Source: Vicinamibacteria bacterium (GTDB taxonomy: Bacteria; Acidobacteriota; Vicinamibacteria; Marinacidobacterales; Marinacidobacteraceae). From it: DNA of 64,000 nucleotides. This document shows positions 29,870 through 38,822 of this stretch, one piece after another. The stretch is from NCBI GenBank assembly GCA_965199715.1, contig OZ241322.1:1984001-2048000 (forward strand), in the 5' to 3' direction. Each line of letters begins with the position of its first letter. The first letter of the stretch is position 1. The notes under the pieces are model-generated. The model was not told where the DNA came from. It searched no databases and worked only from the letters and a program-made list of their open reading frames with translations. A program made the translations under genes and the position numbers.

Positions 29870-31687
29870 ATGTGGCCCCGGATTCTCGTCGTCATTCTGC
29901 TGCTGGTTCCCGCGGCCGGACGCGCTCAATGGTTCCCCGAGCCCGACCTCGTGCTGCACGGTGCGGAGTTCCGTACGGTGGACGAGAGTAATGCGCTCGC
30001 CCGGGCGCTCGCCATCAAGGACGGCCGAATCGTGGCCGTCGGGACCGCCGCCGACGTGCGCGCGCTTGAGGGGCCGAACACCCGCGTCGTCGATCTGACC
30101 GGGCGGACCGTGATCCCGGGCCTTCAGGACTCGCACATCCATTTCCTTCCGCTCGGCCGGGACATCACGAGCGGGGTGGAGCTCAGCTTCGCCGAGTCCG
30201 CCGCGGACATCGTGGCCGGCGTCCGGGACCGAATCGAGGCGAACGCCGTCCCGCCCGGCGAGTGGGTCGTCGGCCGGCGATGGGACCAGTTCAAGTACCC
30301 GCAGATGGTCACCCGGTGGGAACTCGACGCCGTGGCGCCGGAGCATCCGGTCGCGCTCAATCGGGTGTACCGGGGAGTGGCCGTGAACACCGAGGTCTTC
30401 CGCCGCATGGGAATCGACGACGGTGACCCGTCGACGTGGCCCGCGTGGTGGCTTGAGGATCCGGACGACTTCACGTTCGAGGATCAGATCCTCCGGCTCC
30501 CGAGACAGGTCGTCATCGCCGGCGAGACCGTGACCCGGGAGATTCCGACCGGAGTGTTCCTCGGGGCCCGCGCCTCCCGGCTCGTCACCGAGCGGCCGCC
30601 GCCGGCCGTCTTCGACGACGAAGTGGAGAGCGTGCGCCTCGGCGTCGCGGAAATGCTCGCGCTCGGCGTGACCGCGATCGTGGATCCGTCGTCCCGGATG
30701 GGCCACCACATGCGGGTCTATCAGGAGGCCGCGAATCGGGGCCACGTCAGGTTGCGCATCGCCGCCGTGTACGAGGGAACCTTCAACGCCCACTCGACGG
30801 AGTTCCTCGACGACCACCTCGGGGGGATCCAGATCAACAACCTTGGGGACCGGTTTCTCCGCTGGCGCGGGGCGAAGATCTACGGGGACGGCGGGGTCGG
30901 CACCCGCAGCGCGTGGATGTCCGAGCCGTTCCATATGTGGGACGAGCTGGAAGGGGAGGAGAACCTCGGGAACCCGGTCGTGCGGAGCTACCCCGAGCGC
31001 GAGGCGCAGTACCGCATGATCACCAGCCACGGCTGGGACCTCCACACCCACAGTTGCGGGGACATGGCGATGCGGCAGACGGTCGATCTGTACATGAAGC
31101 TGCTGGACGAGATGGCGAGTGGCGGCGACCCGCCCGACCTCCGCTGGAGCGTCATCCACGCCTACTTCCCGATCGAGCCCAGGACGATGGTGCTCGAGGA
31201 CATGGCCCGCTACGGGATCGTCGCCGCCACGAACCCGGTGTTCAACTGGCAGCAGGGTTTCTCGTTCGCAACCAACGCCGGGCCGGAGCGCATGGCGCGG
31301 CTCCAGCCGTTCCGCACCTACATGCGCAACGGCGTCGTCATGGCGTCCGGTTCGGACTACGGAGTGACCACTCACAACCCGTGGATGGGGTTCTATGCGC
31401 TCCTCACCCGACGGGACCAGAAGTCGGGCGTCGTCTGGGGCGAGGACGAGACCGTGACGATCGCCGAGGCGCTGCGCTCGTACACGATCAACGGCGCATG
31501 GCTGACCCACGACGACCGGGAGCGGGGCAGCCTCGAACCCGGCAAGCTCGCGGATCTCGTCGTGCTCGACCTTCCCGGGCTCGACCGGCTTGGGGAGGAT
31601 CCGGAACTCCTCTTCGGGATGCGCGAGCGGGTTCTCGCAACGTTGGTGGAGGGCGAGGTCGTCCACGGACGGCTGCCGGGCGAATAG
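29870..31687 (+). CDS. Amidohydrolase 3 family protein, secreted
   Basis: PGLQDSHIH, KIYGDG, HSCGD, VIHAY, GSDY, GSLEPGKLADL; signal peptide. Confidence 0.9.
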   Translation: MWPRILVVILLLVPAAGRAQWFPEPDLVLHGAEFRTVDESNALARALAIKDGRIVAVGTAADVRALEGPNTRVVDLTGRTVIPGLQDSHIHFLPLGRDITSGVELSFAESAADIVAGVRDRIEANAVPPGEWVVGRRWDQFKYPQMVTRWELDAVAPEHPVALNRVYRGVAVNTEVFRRMGIDDGDPSTWPAWWLEDPDDFTFEDQILRLPRQVVIAGETVTREIPTGVFLGARASRLVTERPPPAVFDDEVESVRLGVAEMLALGVTAIVDPSSRMGHHMRVYQEAANRGHVRLRIAAVYEGTFNAHSTEFLDDHLGGIQINNLGDRFLRWRGAKIYGDGGVGTRSAWMSEPFHMWDELEGEENLGNPVVRSYPEREAQYRMITSHGWDLHTHSCGDMAMRQTVDLYMKLLDEMASGGDPPDLRWSVIHAYFPIEPRTMVLEDMARYGIVAATNPVFNWQQGFSFATNAGPERMARLQPFRTYMRNGVVMASGSDYGVTTHNPWMGFYALLTRRDQKSGVVWGEDETVTIAEALRSYTINGAWLTHDDRERGSLEPGKLADLVVLDLPGLDRLGEDPELLFGMRERVLATLVEGEVVHGRLPGE

Positions 31688-31690
31688 CGG

Positions 31691-31719
31691 TTGACTTCGG
31701 CGCGACCAGCCGGTACAAC
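31691..31719 (+). promoter_or_regulatory. Sigma70-type promoter
   Basis: TTGACT (31691-31696), 17-nt spacer, TACAAC (31714-31719). Confidence 0.6.
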
Positions 31720-31724
31720 CGCAT

Positions 31725-31909
31725 TGTCCACTCGATTCGGAAAGGGGGTCGGAAATGACAGCACCGCCGGACGACGTTTCCGGCCGGACCCCGGCGGTCC
31801 CGCGGGCCTGAAAGGGCTTCCGGGCCGTTCGGGATCCGGCGCCGCTGACGAGTCCCGGAATCCCGACCACCAGAGACGGGCGGCAGCTTCCCCTGCGGAT
31901 CGCGCCGCC
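31725..31909 (+). ncRNA. Candidate structured RNA / long 5' leader (unassigned)
   Basis: Five consecutive hairpins, including an 8-bp perfect stem, a GAAA tetraloop stem and an 11-bp bulged stem, directly after the promoter. Confidence 0.4.
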
Positions 31910-32983
31910 ATGAGGCCGAGATGGTCTCCAAGGGGTTCCGGGGCTTTTTTCTTGCTCGCGCTGGCTCTGACCGGTTGCGACGCCCGCCTCCACCTCTACA
32001 TCCACGGTGGCCGGGAGACGCTGATCCCGGGCCGCACCTACGGCGACGCGCTCATCACGCAGGGCATCGTGGCTTCGGTGCCCCCGGGCCGCGGGCTTCC
32101 GCCCGGCGAGCCGGCCCGCCGCTTCGCGCTCCGGCACCCGGTCCGTCCCCCGGACTGGAACGGGACGCTCGTGATCGGAGCGCACCGGGGACTCGGCGGC
32201 ATCCGCCGGGGAGACGGCGGGGCCGATCTCGGGACCGGCGAGACCGAACTGGACGACCTGATCGGCTGGTGGGCGCTGGATCAGGGGTTCGCGTGGGCCA
32301 GCATGGACCGCGCCGGACTCGGGGCCAGTCCCGACGGGCTGCGCCTGACCGAGGCGTTCGCCCGCCTCATGTTCGACCAGCTCTTCCCCCGGCTCACTCG
32401 CGACCCCGACCGGACCATCCTCTTCGGGTACGCCGAGGGCGGGGGGATCGCCCGCTACGCCGCTTCCGCCGAGGAGGACACCTTCGACGGAGTCGTGCTC
32501 GTCGCCGCGACGCTCGGGGATCCCGAGGCCGCCCGCACGCGCCGCGAGGCCCGCCAGCGCGCCGGCGACCGGTCCTCGCCAGAGTACGTGCGGGCGGTGG
32601 GCATGGGGGCCGCGGGCCGGCGCTTCTGGCCCTGGCATGACGCCATCGCGGCGTTCCCCGAGGCGGCTCCGCCCGCCCCGCCCGCGGCGCTCATCCGTCC
32701 GGCGATCGAAGTGGTGGGCACGCTCGACGATCTGGTGCTGCCCGAAGTCCTCGCGTGGCGGGATCGCGTGCAGGCCGAGGGAGCCGCCGAACTCCACGAG
32801 TTGCGGATGGTCGAGGGCGCGTGGGCGATCGGCCCCGACGACGACGCGCTGGAGGAGACCCGCGCCAGCGCCGCGACCCTCGGCCTCGCCCCCGAGGACA
32901 TCGCCGCGCTCGGGACAGGCGAGAGCCTCGCGCCTGCCTCGCGCCGGGCTCTCACGGACCTCGACGCTCGCCTCCGCAACTGA
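31910..32983 (+). CDS. Lipoprotein with tannase/feruloyl-esterase-like alpha/beta hydrolase fold, nucleophile Ser replaced by Ala
   Basis: LTGC lipobox; PPDWNGTLVI, QGFAWASMD, elbow FGYAEGG, FDGVV, VVGTLDD. Confidence 0.65.
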   Translation: MRPRWSPRGSGAFFLLALALTGCDARLHLYIHGGRETLIPGRTYGDALITQGIVASVPPGRGLPPGEPARRFALRHPVRPPDWNGTLVIGAHRGLGGIRRGDGGADLGTGETELDDLIGWWALDQGFAWASMDRAGLGASPDGLRLTEAFARLMFDQLFPRLTRDPDRTILFGYAEGGGIARYAASAEEDTFDGVVLVAATLGDPEAARTRREARQRAGDRSSPEYVRAVGMGAAGRRFWPWHDAIAAFPEAAPPAPPAALIRPAIEVVGTLDDLVLPEVLAWRDRVQAEGAAELHELRMVEGAWAIGPDDDALEETRASAATLGLAPEDIAALGTGESLAPASRRALTDLDARLRN

Positions 32984-34486
32984 GTGCGCTACGACTCCCG
33001 CCGAGCGCTTGAGCTGCTGAGGCGGGGAACGCGTCGGGCGGACGCTCAGTTTCGCCAAGGGCAAGAGGAAGCCATCCGGCACCTCGTGGAGGCGCCGCGC
33101 CGACTGCTGGTCGTGGAGAAGACGGGCTGGGGCAAGAGCTTCGTGTACTTCATCGCGACGAAGCTGTTGCGGGAAGCCGGACACGGCCCGACGCTCCTTG
33201 TGAGTCCCCTGCTCGCTCTGATGCGGAACCAGATCTCTGCCGCGGAGCGCATGGGAGTCCGGGCGTTGACGATCAACTCCACCAACGCGGATGACTGGGA
33301 ACGTGTGGAATCCGACGTACGCACCCATCAAGTGGACATCCTCCTGATTGCGCCAGAGCGACTTGCGAATCAGCGCTTCCGGGAGCAGGTGCTGGCGGCG
33401 GTCGCGGCGCAAGTCGCCATGCTGGTGATCGACGAGGCGCACTGCATCTCCGATTGGGGCCACGATTTCCGGCAGTTGCGTGCGGAGGCTCGGACCGAGA
33501 ATCTCGGCTCGCGCAGCGTTGGGGACGAACTGATCGAATGGACCGAGGCCGTGGGTCGGCTCGCGGCCGCGGCGAAGCGCCCCGTCATCTCCGGGGATGC
33601 CCGGGGCGTGGACCAAGCCGCGATGCGGGGCGCTTTGAACGCTGACGGCCCCGTGACGGGTGTGCTCCCGGCGGCGCTGGATCGCGCCGTCACCCGCCGG
33701 GCGTACCGGGACGCCCAGATGGACGGGCGGCTCCTGCTGATCTCTTCCGAGGATCCGGCGGCTCGCTTCGACGTCGGACGGGCCATGAAGCGCAACCGGT
33801 TCATCTACGCACTGGCGGATGCGGCGCTCGTCGTTCATGTCAAGCACGGTACGGGCGGAACGTGGGCTGGCGCTGACGAACACCTCAAGAGAGACTGCTT
33901 CGTCCCGGTCTTTGTGCGCCCCTCCGGAGAGAGGAGCGACGGCTCGGCCGCGCTCATGGAACGCGGGGCGTATGCGTGGCCGGCCCCCGGAACCCCGGCC
34001 GATCTCAACGCGCTCCTGAATGAGCCGCCGGCCGCGAAGATGCATACGGAACCAGCGGCCGTCGCCGAAGCCTCGAGCCGCTACGACTGCGATGGTCGGG
34101 CGGAGCCGTCCGACGAGCTGTTCGCCAAGGTCCGCGAGCTGCTTCTCGGGATTCTGGTGGAACCACGTACGGGCGATGAGGCCGCCCGTGCGCTGAACGT
34201 AGAGCGGATCCAGGCCCGTACGTGGCTCAGGCGTTTGGAAGGGGAAGGCGCGGCCGCGCTTCACTCCAAGGGGCCGAACCGGTATCGGGCGACGGGCGCG
34301 CCACCCGATTCGTCCGGCTCCGACGATCCCGCGGCCGATCTGCGCGCCGTCGCCATCGGACTGGTTCGACGCCTTCAGAGCCAATCGCTCCCGGCTCGGA
34401 AAATGGCGAAAGCCCTCGCAGTTCAGGAAAAGCAGGCAGCGGCTTGGCGCAAGGATGCGAGCGGCGGCGAGCGCAGGTTGCTCTGA
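32984..34486 (+). CDS. Fusion of truncated RecQ helicase N-terminal domain with DprA/SMF-like domain and two winged-HTH units (likely deletion product)
   Basis: FRQGQ, KTGWGKS, SPLLALMRNQ, DEAHCISDWGHDFR, then GSR...ISGDARGVDQAA...RNRFIYALA...GGTWAGA. Confidence 0.8.
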   Translation: MRYDSRRALELLRRGTRRADAQFRQGQEEAIRHLVEAPRRLLVVEKTGWGKSFVYFIATKLLREAGHGPTLLVSPLLALMRNQISAAERMGVRALTINSTNADDWERVESDVRTHQVDILLIAPERLANQRFREQVLAAVAAQVAMLVIDEAHCISDWGHDFRQLRAEARTENLGSRSVGDELIEWTEAVGRLAAAAKRPVISGDARGVDQAAMRGALNADGPVTGVLPAALDRAVTRRAYRDAQMDGRLLLISSEDPAARFDVGRAMKRNRFIYALADAALVVHVKHGTGGTWAGADEHLKRDCFVPVFVRPSGERSDGSAALMERGAYAWPAPGTPADLNALLNEPPAAKMHTEPAAVAEASSRYDCDGRAEPSDELFAKVRELLLGILVEPRTGDEAARALNVERIQARTWLRRLEGEGAAALHSKGPNRYRATGAPPDSSGSDDPAADLRAVAIGLVRRLQSQSLPARKMAKALAVQEKQAAAWRKDASGGERRLL

Positions 34487-34490
34487 GCGC

Positions 34491-35723
34491 ATGGATCCCT
34501 CGCTCCGTCCGGCCCGGGCGCTCCTCGTACTCCTCGGCGGGGCGGTTTTGGGTTCGATCGCCTACCTCCTCGTCATCATCTCGATTCCGGTCGTGTCCGC
34601 CCGGTACCTTGGGGATTCGGCGTGGATCGGGGGGCCCAACGCGCTGCTCATCTTCGGGATCGCGGCGGGCGCGCCGGCGCTCTCGGCGCTCATCCCGCGC
34701 ATCGGCAGGCCGCGCACGCTCGCGACCGGATTCGCGCTCGCGTCGCTCGGGGCGCTGCTCTCGTCGTTCGCCGCCTCGAGGAACGACTCCTTCGCGCTTT
34801 ACCTCGCCGCCACGCTCATGGTGGGCGGAGGCCATGCGGCGTACCACCTGACCCGCTACGCGGCGGCGTTGCTCGTTCCGCCGAACCGGAGCGGCCGCGC
34901 CATCGGACTCGTCATCTGGGTCGCGATCGGCGGCAGCTTCGGGGCTCCGACGATCTTCGGCCTCGTCGAGGGCCTTCTCCCGCCGGGCAGCCCGTACGCC
35001 ATCCCGGTCGTGTACCTCGTATCGGGAACGCTGTTCGCGGCCGCCAGCGCGGTGGTCTTCCGCAGCCGCGCGCTCAAGGCGCAACGCTCGCTGCGCCGCG
35101 TCCGAAAGCGCCCGGCCGCGGCCGCGGCCGCCGTCGGCCCGGAGGAGGAGCCGCGCCGCTACCGGCTCGCGATCCTCGCGCTCGTCGCCGCGCAGGCGGC
35201 CATGATCCTGCTCATGAGCATGACCCCGCTGCACGTCGTCGAGACCGGGGGCTCGCTCACCGGCCTCGGCGCGGTCATGGGCGGGCACACCCTCGGCATG
35301 TTCCTGCTCTCGCCGCTCGTCGGAATCCTCTGCGACCGCTTCACCGAGCGCCCGGTGATCGCGCTCGGCGGCCTTGTCCTCATCGGGGCCGGTCTTCTCG
35401 CCGCCGTCGCCCCCGACGTGGGATGGCTGCTCGGGGTCTCCCTGTTCTTGCTCGGGCTGGGGTGGTGCCTCGCCTTCGTCGCGGCGAGCGCTCTCCTTTC
35501 GGAAGGGCGCGACCCGGCGCGAAAGCTCCGCCGGCAGGCGATCGCCGAGACTCTCAACTGGAGCACCGCCGGAGTCGCGAGCATCGCCGCCGGCGTGCTC
35601 ATGACCGGCTTCGACTACGTCACCCTCTCGCTCGTTTGCGCCGGGGTGGGAGCGGTCTCGCTGGTTTCGACGTTCGGGATCCCGCGGGAGGATCTGTCAG
35701 GCAGCCGCCACGCTCACAAGTAG
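34491..35723 (+). CDS. MFS transporter
   Basis: About 12 hydrophobic helices, PRIGRPR and GILCDRFTER loop motifs, GHTLGMF. Confidence 0.88.
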   Translation: MDPSLRPARALLVLLGGAVLGSIAYLLVIISIPVVSARYLGDSAWIGGPNALLIFGIAAGAPALSALIPRIGRPRTLATGFALASLGALLSSFAASRNDSFALYLAATLMVGGGHAAYHLTRYAAALLVPPNRSGRAIGLVIWVAIGGSFGAPTIFGLVEGLLPPGSPYAIPVVYLVSGTLFAAASAVVFRSRALKAQRSLRRVRKRPAAAAAAVGPEEEPRRYRLAILALVAAQAAMILLMSMTPLHVVETGGSLTGLGAVMGGHTLGMFLLSPLVGILCDRFTERPVIALGGLVLIGAGLLAAVAPDVGWLLGVSLFLLGLGWCLAFVAASALLSEGRDPARKLRRQAIAETLNWSTAGVASIAAGVLMTGFDYVTLSLVCAGVGAVSLVSTFGIPREDLSGSRHAHK

Positions 35724-36226
35724 CGCCGTTCCAGCACCGTCCGGTGGTGGGCGGCGTGGCCCACGAGGAAATAGCAGATCGCCCGGACGGTGGACTGCGC
35801 TCCGCTGGCGGTCCCTCGCCGCCCGAGCTGCCCGGGATCGAGCGACCGCATCAAACTCACCGAAGCGCCCCGGACGAGCGCGAGCTCCTCCATCAGCGAC
35901 CGGAGCGACCGCTCGCCGTGCCGCGCCGCGCCCGCCCATTCGTCCTGATCCATCCCGGGCAGCGCCGCACCGTCGCCCCGGGCGAAGCTCAGCGCCCGGT
36001 AGGCCATGACCCGCTCGGTGTCGGTGATGTGTCCGACGACCTCGCGAATGGACCACTTCCCCGGCGCGTAGGCCCGCTTGGAGTCGGCTTCCGACAGTCC
36101 CGCGAGCAAGCCGGAGAGCCGGTCCATCTCGGCGAGCGCCGCTTCGGGAAGCGGCCCGTCGGGTACGAGCCGGGCGGCCCCGACGTAATACGGAGGGCAC
36201 TCGCCGGGCTGCGGCTTCGTCCACAT
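35714..36226 (-). CDS. DinB family protein
   Basis: YAPGKWSIREVVGHITDTERV and GHAAHH. Confidence 0.9.
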   Translation of the reverse strand: MWTKPQPGECPPYYVGAARLVPDGPLPEAALAEMDRLSGLLAGLSEADSKRAYAPGKWSIREVVGHITDTERVMAYRALSFARGDGAALPGMDQDEWAGAARHGERSLRSLMEELALVRGASVSLMRSLDPGQLGRRGTASGAQSTVRAICYFLVGHAAHHRTVLERRYL

Positions 36227-36260
36227 GGCCGGCATGCTAGCCGGTAGTATCGCGGGCCTC

Positions 36261-36728
36261 ATGCGCACCTGTCTCGTCCTCGTCGTCTTCTCGCTCGCCT
36301 GCGGCGGTCCCCCGCCGGAGCCCGAGGAGATCGTCGTCGCCCAGCCAGTCGAGAAGACCCGTCTGAGCGGCCGGATTCCGCCGGTCGGCCCCTACTCGGC
36401 CGGCGTGGACGTGGGAGACACGGTCTTCCTCGCCGGTCAGATCGCGCTCAACCATGAGGGCGGCGGCCTCGTCGAGGGCGGGATCGCCGAGCAGACCCAC
36501 CAGGTCATGCAGAACCTGCAGGCGGTGCTGGAGGAGGCCGGACTGGGCTTCGCGGACGTCGTCCGGTCGGGCGTGTTCCTCGCGGACGTGAACGATTTCG
36601 CGGCGATGAACGAGGTGTACGCCTCGTACTTCCCCGAGGGCGCGATCCCGCCCGTGCGCACCACCGTCGCGGTCGCGGACATCCCGCTCGGGGCGCTCGT
36701 CGAGATCGACATGATCGCGGTGCGCTGA
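36261..36728 (+). CDS. RidA/YjgF family imine deaminase with N-terminal lipoprotein signal
   Basis: GPYS, FLAGQI, FAAMNEVYASYF, PVRTTV (catalytic Arg), LVEID; SLAC lipobox. Confidence 0.9.
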   Translation: MRTCLVLVVFSLACGGPPPEPEEIVVAQPVEKTRLSGRIPPVGPYSAGVDVGDTVFLAGQIALNHEGGGLVEGGIAEQTHQVMQNLQAVLEEAGLGFADVVRSGVFLADVNDFAAMNEVYASYFPEGAIPPVRTTVAVADIPLGALVEIDMIAVR

Positions 36729-36741
36729 CCCGCCACCGGCC

Positions 36742-38031
36742 GTGACCGGCAGGCGCGCCGGGCTCTCGCTCGGGACCGCGGCCATGTTCGTGGTCGCGAA
36801 CATGATCGGGACCGGGGTGTTCACGAGCCTCGGATTCCAGGTCGCGGCGGTGCCTTCCGCGGTCCCGGCGCTGCTGCTGTGGGTCGTGGGCGGCCTCGTC
36901 GCGCTCTCGGGGGCGCTCGTGTACGGCGAGATGGGGGCGGCGATGCCCCGGTCCGGAGGCGAGTACGCGCTGCTGCGCCGGACGTTCCATCCGGCGATCG
37001 GGTTCGCCGCCGGGTGCCTCTCCGCGACCATGGGGTTCGCGGCCCCGACCGCGCTCGCCGCGGTCGCGATGGCCACCTATCTGAAGCCGCTCGTCCCGGC
37101 GCTCCCGGTCGCGCACGCAGCGGCCGCCGCCGTCCTCCTCTTCACCGCGGTCCACTCGCTGCGGGTCCGTTTCGGCAGCGGGGTCAACAACCTGCTGACC
37201 GCGCTCAAGATCGCACTGGTGGCCGCGTTCTGCGCGATGGGCCTCCTCGCGCACGGCGGCGGCCCGGCGAACGCCTTCGATTCGCCGGACCTCGGGCTGC
37301 TCGCGACTCCCGGCTTCGCGGTCTCGCTGGTCTATGTGTCCTACGCTTACACCGGCTGGAACGCCGCCGTGTACATCGTCGGCGACATGGAGCGCCCCGA
37401 ACGGCTGGCGCGGGCGCTGTTTTCGGGCACGCTGCTCGTGACCGTCCTCTACCTGCTCGTGAACCTCGTCATCCTGCGGGCGGTTCCCATTGAGGATCTT
37501 GCGGGCCGGATCGAGGTCGGCTACCTCGCCGCCGACCGGATTCTCGGCCCCGCCGCCGGGCGCGCCATGTCGGGAGTGCTCGCGCTCGTCCTCGCCTCCA
37601 CCGTGAGCGCCATGGTCTTCCTCGGCCCGCGGGTGGTCCGGGCGATGGGGGAGGACGAGGCCTTCCTCCGCCCGCTCGGCGCGGTCGGCAAGAACGGCGC
37701 CCCGCACCGGGCGCTCGCGTTCCAGTGCGGCGTCACGCTCCTGCTGATCTACACCGGAACCTTCGAGCAGATCCTGCTGTACGCCGGGTTCTCGCTGGGG
37801 CTATGCACCGCCGCCACGGTCGCCGGCGTCGTCGTGCTGCGGCGCGGTCGCGTGGAGGGCGCGATCCCGGGCCGCTTCCGGGCCCCGTTCCATCCGTGGA
37901 TTCCCGGCTTCTTCCTCCTCGCGACCGCGTGGACGCTCGGCTACACGCTGCTGGAGCGCCCGATCGAGTCCGCCCTCGGGCTTCTGACCGCGGGCGCGGG
38001 CGTGCTGCTCTACCGCCTGGCCCGGGCGTAG
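36742..38031 (+). CDS. APC family amino acid permease
   Basis: ANMIGTGVF, YGEMG..MPRSGGEY, YAYTGWN. Confidence 0.92.
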   Translation: MTGRRAGLSLGTAAMFVVANMIGTGVFTSLGFQVAAVPSAVPALLLWVVGGLVALSGALVYGEMGAAMPRSGGEYALLRRTFHPAIGFAAGCLSATMGFAAPTALAAVAMATYLKPLVPALPVAHAAAAAVLLFTAVHSLRVRFGSGVNNLLTALKIALVAAFCAMGLLAHGGGPANAFDSPDLGLLATPGFAVSLVYVSYAYTGWNAAVYIVGDMERPERLARALFSGTLLVTVLYLLVNLVILRAVPIEDLAGRIEVGYLAADRILGPAAGRAMSGVLALVLASTVSAMVFLGPRVVRAMGEDEAFLRPLGAVGKNGAPHRALAFQCGVTLLLIYTGTFEQILLYAGFSLGLCTAATVAGVVVLRRGRVEGAIPGRFRAPFHPWIPGFFLLATAWTLGYTLLERPIESALGLLTAGAGVLLYRLARA

Positions 38032-38064
38032 GGGCCTTCCGGGCGCCGCCCGGTCGCGCGACGG

Positions 38065-38790
38065 CTACAGGCGGCGCCGCGGGTTCGCCATCGTCCTCCA
38101 CATGTGCGCGGTCGGGCTGTTGTCGTTGCCCAGGCCTTCCTTCGGCTGGCGGAAGTGCCGGCCGATCACGTCCGTGAACGGCTCGATGGAGACCTCGGCG
38201 TCGCGCTCGAAGCTGTAGTCGTCGTGGAGCGTGATCGACCGCGCCTCCATGTACCACTTGTGGTTGCGCGCGTAGTCGTGCGCCGCCTTGATGTAGGGCT
38301 CGGGTTCGTGGTCCGCGCCGAACATCCGGACGTACATCTCCGGGTACTCGTATCCGACCGACGGGTCGGGGAAGAACCGGAGCGCCTGGTGGTGCCGGAT
38401 GGCCCACGCGACCTTCTCGGGCACGTAGGGCTCGATCATCTGCGCGCACCACCAGCCGTGGTCCGCCCGCACGAGGTTCGTCACCGAGATGTCGTGCAGC
38501 AGGCAGGCGAGGACGATCTCCTCGCTCATCCCGAACTTCATCGCCCGGGTCGCGCTCTGGAGCACGTGCGAGGCCGGGGCGAAGCGATGCTCGAAGAAGT
38601 CGAGGAGCGTCGGCTTCTCCGGCATCGGGGAGAGCGCGTCCTCGCCGTCCGCCTTCGCGAGCGGCGGCCGCTCGGGCGCGTCCAGCAGGTGGATCATCTC
38701 GTGCTCGAGCGCCTCGGCCCGGTCGTTCACGCCCACGACGCCGGCCGCGCTCACCGCTGCGGAAGCCTTCAGAAAAAGTCTGCGATCCAT
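38065..38790 (-). CDS. Tat-exported HD-domain metalloprotein
   Basis: MDRRLFLK Tat signal; SHVLQSA, LLHD, DHG, RHH, LHDD; AGGAGG RBS. Confidence 0.8.
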   Translation of the reverse strand: MDRRLFLKASAAVSAAGVVGVNDRAEALEHEMIHLLDAPERPPLAKADGEDALSPMPEKPTLLDFFEHRFAPASHVLQSATRAMKFGMSEEIVLACLLHDISVTNLVRADHGWWCAQMIEPYVPEKVAWAIRHHQALRFFPDPSVGYEYPEMYVRMFGADHEPEPYIKAAHDYARNHKWYMEARSITLHDDYSFERDAEVSIEPFTDVIGRHFRQPKEGLGNDNSPTAHMWRTMANPRRRL

Positions 38791-38822
38791 GGATCCGCCC
38801 TCCTGGCTGCGGGCTAGTATAG

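Noticed and set aside
31810-31856. Hammerhead-like CTGACGA plus GAAA
   Set aside because: I could not build stem II with the required G10.1-C11.1 pair, nor stem III and the NUH site
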